This document shows positions 13,040-27,431 of a stretch of DNA of 64,000 nucleotides, one piece after another; position 1 is the stretch's first letter; every line of letters begins with the position of its first letter. The notes under the pieces were generated by a model. That model worked only from the letters and a program-made list of their open reading frames with translations. It had not been told where the DNA came from and made no database searches. A program made the position numbers and the translations under genes. Source of the DNA: Eledone cirrhosa (Eukaryota); NCBI GenBank assembly GCA_964016885.1, contig OZ024741.1:142662001-142726000 (forward strand), given 5' to 3'.

Positions 13040-13379
13040 ATTATTGAGTGAGCCAATGAAGGAAGAATGTAAAATGTCAAAATAGAAGTTGAAAGCCTCA
13101 TTGTAAAATTTTATAAAGAGCTGCAGGAATTAGCTCAGCAAAACATAAACAATACTTTACTGTTGAACCAGTGATATCAGAAAGAGTTCTTACTATTGAA
13201 TCTCCCAGTAGCTGCATTAACAAGACTAGCTTACTGAGAATTACCCTGACTGAGTCTCTCTCTTCCGGTCGGGGTAATTCAGCCGCAAGGCAAAAAGAGG
13301 CAATTCGTTTTTTACACATAATATCATACCACAAGGAGTTACTTCGTGAGAGAAGACTTTAAAATACACACCCGACATT

Positions 13380-15950
13380 AGATGCATCCTTCGAAAAGCA
13401 ACAAATGAATGATGAAATGTCCAAAACGTAATCTCTTCTGTCCTATCTCTCTCTGCTAAATTAATGGTGTGTAGGGATTCATGATTAATGCTTACTAATT
13501 TAACCCTAATTCAGCTTACTGGCCATCCATGTGTATAGTTAGCCTCTACACTGTATGCGATGTACCATGAAGCTTAAATTCAGAGAGATCCCACACTGCT
13601 CCTGGCAGAGACACATACCTGTAACTAAAATAGTTTCTTATTTCATCATGGTTGTGTTGGTTCAGATCATCATTAGGTAATACATTACTGGTTACTTCTA
13701 TAGACGCACAAACATATTCCTTGTAAACAAATTTAAAGATGTACTTGGCGCTTTTTACAGAAGAACAAACTTCAACATTAATATGCGCACGATATTTCTT
13801 AAATAAAAAGGTATTAAACAGTGCAACATTCCTGTTGTCTACTGAATGTCCTCCAATTTGCATCTCAGTTCCTGTCTTGCGCCTCCTGTACTCTGGATAT
13901 CCAGTTTCCTCTTTGTAGGTTTTTGGATAGTTCTTTTGGCAAAATCTATTTTGCATGCATGGGGAAGAAGGATTTCCAGAACCACATGGCCTATGGATCA
14001 TAAACTGTTTAACCTGCTCATGTAGTGCCGGGTCGTCTTTCAATGCAGGGATTTCTGCTGACACAATTTTTTCAATGTCTTCCTTCCTTAAGATAACCAT
14101 CATACAGCAATGAGGAAGTCCTCTTTTTCAGAACACAATGGCGTAAATACGAGCCACTGGCACGCCAAGAATGTGTCTATCTTTGATATATTTTATCATT
14201 TCAGAAAGCTGGGCCTTAAAAATTCGGGTAATTAAATCTGCTCAGTTTTTTGCTGCTTCATTTTGATTTAGATTATTTTGAATATCAGGGTATTTAGGGT
14301 TGCATGTATAAGTTATAAAAGGATCTGGCTTATCATATTCTACAACAAATGTCATAGCATCCTAAAAGTACTGATGCATGTTTCTCGGGCTGCCAGTGAA
14401 GGCACCCCAGGCTCAGTGTTATGATCTGATCCTCTGTTTAGATAATCCATTCAACCATTATATTCCTCCACTCGCAATTGGGTTTGATTATTCCTATCCC
14501 TCTACTTTCACACAGGCATCTACTAAATACTTCTGCAATAATTTGCCTGCTCTATGTATCACACTAAATCCTCTATATGTTATACGGGGCGTAATACCTC
14601 TGCATTTTCAGTCTATTGTGGACGCTAATTCTGCGTTTTTCTGCATGCTGCTTGTCGCTATACCACCCAAATTCCCCATGAGGATAGTCTTCAAGGTAGA
14701 TGACAATATCTCTGTGTACAGGTGGTGCACCGTCTATCTCACAAAATCAACAGCTATTTCATTGCTAGTTGGTAAATTATAGCGCCTCATATCTGATCTT
14801 CTTCTAAATCTTAATTCACAGTTCTGTACGGGACGATTTTCTCTTCTTGCTCTTTGCTATTCTTCTTGTTCAATGTTATGCACTGTATTGTACACTTGAA
14901 CATATGGATTACATTCATGCAACACTTCACTTATCATGGTCATTGTTTGCGGTGAGCAGTCATTATTTGGCGGTGCTTCCAACCTGTGCTGCCCAGCTGC
15001 ATTCGTGTCAATAATATATAACTGGCCATATTGTGGTGTATTTTCTGCAGAGAACAGAGGTGGGTACAGTGATATGTTTAACTCTGAATACGAAAGTAAA
15101 TCGGGACTCTGCCAGGAGGTAAGACAAGTTTAACACCAATAAAGCGAAAGAAAATACACAGTTGTAATTGCGGATGATGTTCCTGTGAAATGCAACTGCT
15201 TCCTGGCCTCCTTCAAAGATATTTCTCAGTCTCTCACAGTGTATTTGCAATGGAGGCAGCACAACTTTTCCATTATTACAACAGTCATAACTTTCATTTC
15301 TAAATTTTAAAGCTCCACAATGATCGCACGAAACATACATATCACCAATACAAAATTCTTCTACCTTACCATTAATATTAATTACTGGGTCATTTCTCCT
15401 AAGATGGTCATTATGCATTCTATTCTGCCTGAAGTTGTGCAGTTCTTCAGCATTCATGTTTTATATTCTAAGTCTATACGCCCCCCCCCCCCCCTCTCTG
15501 CTGCTGCTCAAGAAAATGTGCTCGTTCATTCTTATGGATATGATCTCTCCTTTCCTGTTGTTTTAGTCTATCATGCTCCAAATATTCTTGACGCTCCTCT
15601 TGTTGCATATTATCTCTTCTTTCTTGTTGTCTGAGTTTTTGTTCCTTTAAATATTCTTGACATTCACTTTGAAGCATATAATCTCTTCTCTCCTGTTGCC
15701 TTAGTCTAGCTTGCTTTAAATATTCTTGACGTTCTTCTAATTGCATGTTATTTCTTCTCTCTTGTTGTCTTAATCTAGCTAGCTCTAAAATGATATTCCA
15801 CTGTTCATCATTCATGTCCACACGTCTCTGTTGGTATCGTCTTTTTTCTCTTTCTATTATTTCTTCACACTGTTCCTGTCTGATCCGTGTTCTATATCTA
15901 CACATCCTTTCTCGACAAGCTTGCAATCGTCTTTCATGCGAACCCATACT
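13380..15950 (-). mobile_element. Helitron Rep(-helicase) pseudogene, N-terminal and Rep portion
   Basis: CDHCGALKF..CCNNGKVVLPPL zinc finger, KRGLPHC (HUH motif), MIHRPCG..PSSPCM, GYPEYRRR, DNRNV, AHINVEVCSSVKSAKYIFKFVYK, RYVS..A.W. Frameshifts and stops; no helicase seen. Confidence 0.92.
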
Positions 15951-15976
15951 TTTTATAGTTATAAGTCTGTCTGTCT

Positions 15977-16160
15977 GTGGATTGGCAGTATCGGTAGAAG
16001 GTCGGACGCCATGCTTTCCAGCATAGTTAAGTCCCTTTACGATCTGAGTTCAAATCCCGCCGAGGTTGACTTTGCCTTTCATCCTTACGGGGTCGATAAA
16101 ATAAAGTACCAGTAATGCACTGGGTAATTGCTGGCCTTGTGCCAAAAGTAGAAACAAATA
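15977..16160 (+). mobile_element. SINE family A
   Basis: Head, B-box and core match the copies at 5626-5817 and 49372-49565. Confidence 0.9.
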
Positions 16161-16285
16161 TTACTACTATAGAAACTTAATATATATGTGGACAGAAATA
16201 TTATTCTAAACACTTCAAAACATGATTATTTTTTGCGGCGAATTGGCAGAACCGTTAGAACGTCTGATAGAATGTTTTGTAGTAT

Positions 16286-16510
16286 CCACCACCAGTACCA
16301 CCAACACCAACAGTACAAACAGCAACACCAACACCACCACCAGTACCACCAACACCAACAGTACAAACAGCAACACCAACACCACCACCAGTACCACCAA
16401 CACCAACAGTACCAACAACAACACCAACACCAACACCAGTACCACCAGCACTAACAGTACAAACACCACCACCAGTACCACCAACACCAACAATACCAAC
16501 ACCACCACAC
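16286..16510. repeat. ACC/AAC-based minisatellite (about 48-bp unit) inside a SINE head
   Basis: CACCACCAGTACCACCAACACCAACAGTACAAACAGCAACACCAACAC repeated. SINE head at 16236 and B-box at 16518. Confidence 0.9.
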
Positions 16511-16744
16511 TGCTCACTGAGTTCAAATCCCGCCGAAAGAAAGAGTTAGTGTGTGTGTGAAGAAAGGTTAGAGTTAAAGAGTGAGAAAAAAATAAATAAA
16601 AAATATCCTCCATCAGAAGACATTTGCCCCTCTTCTGTCGTTTACCACCCCATTCCCACTCTTTAGCTGTACGGTGATCACTTCTACATCTTTTTCTCTT
16701 TCTCTCAATTTTATCGAACACATCTCTCTCATACTTACTCCGAG

Positions 16745-17085
16745 GGCGGTTAGTTATCCCAGCGCTTTGCGCGCGTATTCACCTGCCACGTTCTGCGCGC
16801 GTGTTGGCTTGCCTAAAAAATAATGAAAAATGTGCGAAAAGAATCGCAAACTCACAAGCCAGAGCAAGGAAAGCTGGCGTTTATCTTTTATCATTTTTTA
16901 GGCAAGTCGAGGTTAACTTTGCCTTTCATCCTTACGGGGTCGATAAAATAAAGTACCAGTAATGCACTGGGGTAATTGCTGGCCTTGTGCCAAAAGTAAA
17001 AACAATTATTTTTGAGGCAAGCCAACGCGTGCGCAGTACGTCGCCGGCGAATACGAGGGTAAAGCGCTGGAATAACCTATCACCT
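16745..17085. mobile_element. MITE-like element with about 70-bp imperfect GC-rich inverted repeats, containing a truncated SINE
   Basis: GTTATCCCAGCGCTTT...GTTGGCTTGCCT (16753-16814) versus AGGCAAGCCAAC...AAAGCGCTGGAATAAC (17015-17076). SINE 3' half at 16908-17008. Confidence 0.7.
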
Positions 17086-17269
17086 TTGTCTGGAGTATTA
17101 CCAAATACGTGGTTAAGGCGAGCCGCCAACAATGACAAGAACCACGTTGTCAGGCGGCCCAGCTCCCAGAAACTTCTTGAACGACACAAACCTGTAATAC
17201 TTCCTTGGCATAAGACAGTTCTACAGATGATAGATTGAGGAGATAACATGAAATCTAACTGCACCACAT

Positions 17270-17790
17270 AAGACTAAATTAAAATTTATATTGCTATGTG
17301 AAGCCGCCACACATAAGACTAAATTAGAGACTAAATTAATATTTGTATTGCTACGTAAAGCCGCCACACATGAGACTAAATTAATATTTATATTGCTATG
17401 TGAAGCCGCCACACGTAAGACTAAATTAATATTTATATTCCTACTTGTAACCTCCACTCGTGAGACTAAATTAATATTTATATCCTACGTGAAGCCGCCA
17501 CACATGAGACTAAATTAATATTTATATTGCTATGTGAAGCCGCCACACGTGAGACTAAATTAATATTTATATCCTACGTGTAGCCGCCACACGTGAGACT
17601 AAATTAATATTTATATCCTACGTGTAGCCGCCACACGTGAGACTAAATTAATATTTATATCCTACGTGTAGCCGCCACACGTGAGACTAAATTAATATTT
17701 ATATTCCTACGTGTAGCCGCCACACGTGAGACTAAATTAATATTTATATTCCTACGTGTAGCCGCCACACGTGAGACTATTTTTCTACGT
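17270..17790. repeat. Tandem minisatellite, 44-45-bp unit, about 11 copies
   Basis: Unit GAGACTAAATTAATATTTATAT(T)CCTACGTGTAGCCGCCACACGT, with no spacers. Confidence 0.95.
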
Positions 17791-18147
17791 GTTTGACAGT
17801 TGATATTTACAGGTGAAACCATGTTGCTCAACTATTCAATACAACTGGAATATCTTTTCCCTCTTTTCATCTCCTCTAGAAAGAGAGGTTAAGCAATAGC
17901 TAGAACCAGAAAATAGATTTTACTCTACCTACATGAGTACTCTTTCAGTTACCGTTTGAATGTTTTTTGTAGACTAGCATTTAAAACATAGACTTCAGTA
18001 TATATACCAAAATAATTGCTTTACGAACACTCAATACTTATATATATTTTTAATTAGGGGACACCAGGATTTCACGTTGTAGAGCATAACTGAGCGAGTC
18101 TGCATGCTTTTTGGGGATCATTTTATCTATGCAAAGCAAAATTATGT

Positions 18148-18179
<32 letters not shown>

Positions 18180-18501
18180 GTAGATAAATCTACCAAAAGT
18201 TTACGGTAGTGTCCAATCCGTATGAAGAACTCAATGTAATCCGGATATCATGGAAAGAAGAGATGCATTCAAAAATCACTTTCGGTGATATATATATATA
18301 TTAAATTCAAGTATTAATAAAATAGATGTTCTTGTGATCAATTACATTTTATTATACGTATTTCAAGGACACAAAGTACCTCACTGCTGTTAGTAAGCAT
18401 ATACGATTAAGACTGCTAAGGTATGTCAATATCTTAACACGAAAAATTATATTTTATATAATAATAATAATAATAATGAAATTATTGTGATTATTATATA
18501 T

Positions 18502-18559
18502 ATTTTATCTGATGAAAGCACACAAAAACTTTGTGTCCTTGAAATACGTATAATAAAAT
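18502..18559 (+). ncRNA. Minimal type I hammerhead ribozyme motif (Penelope-type)
   Basis: ATTTTAT-CTGATGA-[AAGCACACAAA aac TTTGTGTCCTT]-GAAA-TACGTA-TA-ATAAAAT: perfect 7-bp stem I, intact core, stem II, palindromic mini stem III, AUA cleavage triplet. Confidence 0.75.
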
Positions 18560-18779
18560 TTAATTGATCACAAGAACATCTATTTTATTAATACTTGAAT
18601 TTAATATTAATAACTCTGGAAAATATCTTTTTGTAGAGTGCTTTCAATCTACTGTAAAACTCATTCTTTGATGTACTCATTGAATCTTGTTTAACTCTTT
18701 AAAAAAATATATATATATATATATGCAAAATTATGTTCTCTCTCTCATTCATATATATATATAAAGAGAGCGAGTTCAA

Positions 18780-19100
18780 ATAAGTTGAGAATATAACAAT
18801 ATATACACGCGGAAGTGAATTATGTTTTGATAATAATATCACTTGACTTATTTGTTATATATATATATATTATAATTATGTATGTATTTAATCAATTTAA
18901 ACGTCTGTATATAGTTAGTAAGTTATAACAGACTAGGGGAGATATTTAGTTTACCTTGCCGTTAAGAAACAAAAACAAGTTTGGAAAGAAAAACTGAAAT
19001 CGAAAGCGCGACTGCTCTTTAAGAACATGTTATTTGGAGTTATCTCCCCTAACATTTCTTCCGGTTTTTCCACGATGGGTTCTCTTAGTTGGTGAGTTTA
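18780..19100. promoter_or_regulatory. Candidate promoter / first-exon region, possibly bidirectional
   Basis: Non-repetitive island with ETS-like GCGGAAGTG (18808) and CTTCCGG (19058), a + strand donor TG|GTGAGT (19092) and a - strand donor AAG|GTAAAC (about 18954). Motif-level evidence only. Confidence 0.35.
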
Positions 19101-19809
19101 TCAGAGAAATATATAATTCTTTAAAAAATATATTTGTATATATATATATGTCTATAATGGAGAAACTAAATAGATTGATGGTCTTTACAAATCTAGTAAG
19201 TGAGGTGTTCATGCTATTTGTTTATTTCTTCAACTCATGTTTATTACATAAACCGATCAGGGAGTTTATCCGTTGTCGCTGGACATGCTACAAAATAATA
19301 TTGTTGCTCTGTCGTTATCAAAATCAATGAATAGCACATTTGTTAATGTAGTCCTAGATATATTATGTCTTAATAGAAGACTGGATGGTCATAATAGGCA
19401 CGCCTTTCATCGTAGGTCAGCTCGCTGTATAAGTGTTTAACTCTGTCTAAACAGCATTAACCCCTGTAGTTCTTTGTATTTAAACTGAAGAGATGTAATT
19501 ATCAGAATAATAATTCTGGCTTTGAAATCATTTTAATAGATGAATGGACAGATATCAAAATTGGTGCCTCATATTGAGTCGTTGTGCTATGATCGACGTG
19601 TTTGTTTATATGGTAAATTACGGGTTCACGCGAGGAAGAACAAATAGCATTGCCCCCCCCCCCCCCCCCCCAAAAAAAAATCAGTATGAAACATTTGTTC
19701 TCGGTATGGTGAACTAACTGTTGTGGAACTACTATATATATATAATATATTGGATTGTGATATTTTAAATAATAATTTTGTAAATTTCTCTCTCTCTGCC
19801 TCTCTCTGC

Positions 19810-19900
<91 letters not shown>

Positions 19901-21249
19901 TACTCTAATATTTAAAACATTAACTGAATGAGCGCACAGTGCCGGTGGATAGAGTGTAGAAATATATTTCTAATTAGAAAATTGACAGTGACTTCGAAGT
20001 TTCAGCTTACTTGTTTCATCTGGCACCCAGATGAAGCGACTTAGCTGAAACTTCGAAGACTGTAACTTTTAAAAATAAGTATATATATGTATTATACTAT
20101 AATCTTCAAGCTTTGTATATTGCACAGAGCGGTGTTTCCTTATTCTACGGATTAATTCAACACACATACAACACACACACACACATATATATATATAAGT
20201 TTATCCCGGGTTCAATCGGGGATAACCACAGTAAGTAAGGTATTCAATATATATATATATATATATATACATACACATATACGTGATGTTTGTTAGCAGA
20301 ACGCATATCAACATATTCACAAACGCATATACAGGTATGAAAAAATAATAAATATTGGCAAGACCCATTGTTATTGCAGGTCAGTTCCAACATAGCTGTT
20401 GTAAAAAGCGTCTGTCCGTACATAATGTATGGAGTTATTCCATTTTTTATGGCTGTAGGGTGTGATTTGAAGTAGATGTGCTTCTTATTTCTAGCAAGTC
20501 GAATGGCCTCGTTCATTGTCATATGTTATTGAACCAAATTAATTGAGCCAAAATTATCCAACTTATACATTGTCTCGTTTTGCTGCATATTTTCATTTCT
20601 AGTTGTGAGCTTTCATGCCAAAGCTCAAGCGCGTGTGTTTTGTGCATCGGCTCTTTTTAAAGTAACGCGCCTATATAGCGATCTTTTAGTTTAGGTGGAC
20701 TCTGTGGCCACAATTCAGGTAAGGTTGTCTGCATATTTCCATTGTAAAAAAAACATCCACAGAGATCGTTTATTGTTTCACAGGTCTGATTTTGAACATC
20801 AATTTGTGAAATTTCAGTTTGTATTAAATTATAAATATGTATTCATATATATATATATATATACATACACACGTGGTCTTAACCAGTAATATTCCACCTG
20901 TATATATAGATATGTGGGTGTATTAGTAGAAATAGAAGATCAACTACAAGCTCAGCTGTTTCTGCTAGTTACCTCTTTGCTGGATAGGTGGATAAGGGTC
21001 CGGAATAGTGCTCACATCAGGAACGGTGGTATATTGATAATCAGCAGTACTGGGACCAGGAAGACCATAAATCAAAGAAGCACTCAATACATGGTATGAT
21101 GCAGAATTAGTATATTAGTAAAAGTTGAGGATCGACTGCGAACTCAGCAGTTTGGGCTAGTTACCTCTTATATATATATGAACTCACCCATCGTATATTA
21201 TCTTATGTGGGTTCAACAATCTTCTCAGTTCAATTTTTTATGGTTATGC

Positions 21250-22790
21250 CTTAAAAGGCACTTTAGTGCAGCTGCTGATTTACACATCAGGGTGTATTTA
21301 GTGCAGATGACAAGATTTTGAGTGGAGCAAGATGGATTGTTTAATCAGAACTTGGTGTCAGATCTTAGATCATGAAGATGGACCAGACAAGATTTTTCAA
21401 AGTTCTTTATACCTTCATAGCAAACAGTTCTCCATGTTCTATAGCCAGCAGCTAGGGCTTCAAATGAAGTAAGTGGTATGTTCACAGATTTAAGATTGTT
21501 CTTTTGTATGTCTTTATATCTGAGTAATGATCTGCCAACATTATGTGCACCATTATGAAGTTGACTGTGTAACAGTACCTTGAGTGTGCGGTCCTCAGTC
21601 CTCCATGGGACAGGACCAACCCATCTGAATTGGGATTGCATCAGAAACGGCTCAGTTTCATCAATGTTGCACCTCATGAAGACATCAGCATTGGTGATTC
21701 TGTCAGAAAGTGTTTGTGGAAGACATGAAGCTTATAAATGTGGGTGCAATAAAGTGTCCATGCCGCCGAGCCATATAAGAATGTTTTCAGTACCACTGCA
21801 TGATAAACTACAACTTTATAACACCCCATAGACAATGATGTAGTTTGCCAAAGGGGTCAGTTGCTTTTGAGATGCAAGTTCAAGTGGTTTACCTTGTTGC
21901 CAAGGTACTTCAGATCCTTGCCATTTACAGTGATAGGAACATGAGGGTGTCTGTGCCTGGGCTGTCTTTGCCCAACATCTTCTGCTTGTCTAGGGGAGGG
22001 GGGGGGGGCTTTGTTGATATACCACCTCAGTCTTTTTAATGCAGATTGTTAAACCAAATTCTTTACTGGCAAGCAAGAAGCAATTCTTCAGTTCTTGTGC
22101 CTCTTTAAGGGATGTTGCAAGAAGTGCAGCCACATCAACAAACAGTAAATCACAAATAACACTTGTCTGTGTAAGTGTTTTATCCTTAAAGCGCTGATGG
22201 TTGAATAATCCACCTGATGTACAAAATTCAAATCTGACACCAGTGTCTATGTCGCCAAATGCATACTGGAGCATTATAGAGAACAACAACACAAAGAAAA
22301 CAGGAGCCATGAGATCAGCTCTCCTTCATACCATTTGACACCAAAGGGTTCTGAGCATTCACCATTTGACATAATTGATGCTCTCATGCCCTCATGAAAA
22401 GACATAGCAACATTCAGCATATTGTCAGGTATGCCAATTTTTTTGAGGATTTTCCAGAGAGCTTTGCGATTGACAGTCAAAGGTTTTGGTCAAGTCGACA
22501 AAGACCATAAACAGTTCCTGGTACTTTTCACAAACCTTCTCTGCAACCTATTGAAGGGAGAAAATCATGTCAACTACCCCAACCTGTGTGGGAACCATAT
22601 TGATTTTCAGAGTAGATATCATTTAAAAAGTCTGGATGTAATTCTGTTGAGAATGACACAGGCAAGTATCTTGTTAGTAATGCAGAGAAAGGAGATGCTG
22701 CATGAGTTGTCACAGGTAGATTTTTGTTACCTTTGTTCTTGAAGAGATGGATTATAGAGCCATCTCTGAAGTCTTGAGGGACATGTTCAA
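21250..22790 (-). mobile_element. Degenerate RTE/BovB-like LINE (RT to C-terminus)
   Basis: MVFVDLTK, TVNRKALWKIL, APVFF..FS, DLLFVD, FGLTICIKKTEV, QFRWVG..LKVLLHSQL..GRSLLRYKD. Confidence 0.85.
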
Positions 22791-23254
22791 CCTAACATAT
22801 ATATACGTAAACAAGACCATTATTGCTCCAACCAGTCTGTTCACCTTCGATAACTACCCTAAATATACATACACTTACACTATACATATATAGAACAAAT
22901 GCAAGCAGTCATTGAATCCCAATGGCTTCACCATTTGCTGATGTTAATCAACGGTAAATGTTGATGATTTTTGCAGTATGAAATGGTACCATATAAGCCT
23001 TGTGAAAAATTAGTGGCAGTGTAAATATAATATTTATTCTCTCTGTTTTTTTTTAACCTAATTAGATTATTCTCTGCAAAATATTAGTGATGTGGTTTCC
23101 TATGATACTGGCAGTGTGCAAAGCTCTCAGGTCTTGGATTTATAGCCCTAATTTTCTCGTAGAGCTATCATAGAGCCACATGATCATTATATCATTATAT
23201 GTTATATATTGATCTCTTTTGATGTATGTGTGTATATATATATATATATATATC

Positions 23255-23830
23255 AACTGGCCTGCCCCTCCTCATAGTGGTGCCACTCAGCATCAGGTTC
23301 CCATACTGTGGCCCCACACCTGTTCCTCCTCATCGCTGCATCATCTAGTACTGGGTCCCAAAACTATGGTCACGTGAGACGGGTTCGGCGCGGCCAACTG
23401 GCCTGTCCCTCCTCATAGCAGTCCCATCAAGTACCAGGCCACAAAACTATGACTACACAGTGAGATGGGTTAGGCTCCTCGTATTGGTGCCATCTAGTAC
23501 CAGGCTCCAACTGGTCCCTCAGCATAGTGGTGCCATCCAATGCCAGGCTCCCAAACTAGTCCTGCACATATCCCTCATCATAGTGGTGTCATCCAGTACA
23601 GAGTCCCAAAACTGTGATAACGTTGTGAGATGGGTTTGGTGTTGCCAACTGGCCTGCCTCTCCTAGCAGGGCCATCCGGCACTGGTGAGATGGGTTAGGC
23701 TCCTCGTATCAGAGCCATGCAATACAGAGCTCCAAAACTATGGTTCCACTGTGAGATGCGTCGAACTCCGAAAATATGGTTCCTTTGTGAGGCGCAGCCA
23801 ACTGACCTGTCCCTCTTCATAATGGTGCCA
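23255..23830 (+). repeat. Degenerate modular satellite-like repeat (second cluster at 53510-53690, -)
   Basis: Recurrent modules CAACTGGCCTG.CCCTCCTCATAG, GGTGCCATC.AG, CCAAAACTATG and GTGAGATGGGTT. Confidence 0.75.
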
Positions 23831-24035
23831 TCCAGCTGTAAAATACCCGGTTAAATTTGCAGTCCTATCCAGAGCAAGGTGCAACATGGCTAACTCTTGC
23901 CTCTTGGCATGGATGACCTGTCTAATCCATGCAAGCGTGGAAAAATGGATGTTAAACGTTGATGTTGATGACACACATATGTACACACATGGTCTTAACC
24001 AGGAATGATTCACCTGTATGTATATATATACACAT

Positions 24036-24477
24036 GTCACTGGACTGAGATCTTTGGCGCTACACAGTCATACAGAAGACCCGCCTTGCCTAAGTACAAA
24101 GCGAAACCTACAGTCAGTAGGCACCTCTAACAAAATACACCTCCGTCCCACTACCCCCACACCATCCACACCACCCCCTTAAATGTGAAGTTATGTTGGT
24201 ACCACAACATTCAGTCCGAAACAAATGAGGTCGTGTAGGTGTCAAGACAAAAAAACACACAGTCCACGCTGTAATGTGGCCGTGTAGGTAACACGGTAAA
24301 AACCTCGCAGTTCACACTGTAAACGTGGTTGGTGTTAGGAAGGGCATCCAGCCGTAGAAAACCCGCCAGACAGTCCTATACGAGCAGGACAACAAATCTT
24401 GCCTCAAGTGGGAAACCTCCCGGCCAAACACATGCAAGCGTGGAAGATGGACGTGAAACGATGATGATGATGATGAT
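24036..24477 (+). mobile_element. 3' end of RTE-like LINE (ORF end, 3' UTR, (GAT)n tail)
   Basis: SLD..LWRY.VIQKTRLA* ORF end, GTTAGGAAGGGCATCCAGCCGTAGAAAA, CATGCAAGCGTGGA..GGACGT.AAACGATGATG tail. Sister copies at 24704-24800, 27432-27929, 32735-33013, about 34240-34630 and 46084-46640 (-). Confidence 0.85.
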
Positions 24478-24484
24478 ATATACA

Positions 24485-24535
<51 letters not shown>

Positions 24536-24617
24536 ACATATATATATACATATATATGTATATACATATATATATATATACATAAATATATATATATACA
24601 TAAATATATATATATAC

Positions 24618-24699
<82 letters not shown>

Positions 24700-24800
24700 G
24701 TATGGTCAACCGACCAGACACTGCCCACAACAGGACAACCCGTCTAACCCATGCTAGCGTGGAAGAACGGACGTAAAACGGTGATGATGATGATAATGAT

Positions 24801-24808
24801 GATATATG

Positions 24809-24857
<49 letters not shown>

Positions 24858-24902
24858 GTATATATATATATATATGTATATATATATGTATATATATATA
24901 TG

Positions 24903-24940
<38 letters not shown>

Positions 24941-25018
24941 TGTATGTATATATATATGTATATATATATGTATATATATATATATATGTGTGTATATATA
25001 TATGTATGTATATATATG

Positions 25019-25067
<49 letters not shown>

Positions 25068-25088
25068 GTATATATGTGTGTATATATG

Positions 25089-25120
<32 letters not shown>

Positions 25121-25249
25121 TGTTTGTATATATATATATATATGTATGTATATATATATATATGTATGTATATATATATATGTATATATATGTGTATATA
25201 TATGTATATGTATATATGTATATGTATATATATATATATGTATATATAT
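24801..25249. repeat. G-interrupted (TA)n array
   Basis: Directly visible. Confidence 0.97.
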
Positions 25250-25565
25250 TCAAAACAACAAACAGCGAAGGACGCGTTCCGGACATGTCCGACAGACAAC
25301 CTTTTCCCCCACCCCGGAAAAAACCCCAGTTGATGAATGTGAATCCGAAATATATAGGGACTATTAAATCTCTCCCAAGGTAACTCTCTCTTGTGTTGTT
25401 ATTTTTATTTTATCCTTTATACTCTTCCCTTCATTCTACACATCTCACACATCTTATACACACCACGCATCTCAACATACACCCACTTACATCTCTCTCC
25501 ACCACCGGACCTTGTTACCCGGAGATTTACCCATTTGCATTGTCGAGGCTTTCAAACGACTTAAA

Positions 25566-27431
<1,866 letters not shown>

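Noticed and set aside
16188-16721. His/Gln-rich, Thr/Asn-rich or Val/Leu-rich ORFs
   Set aside because: They are alternative frames of the minisatellite inside a SINE.
17270-17790. CRISPR-like array
   Set aside because: Units are contiguous with no unique spacers, there are no cas genes, and the context is eukaryotic.
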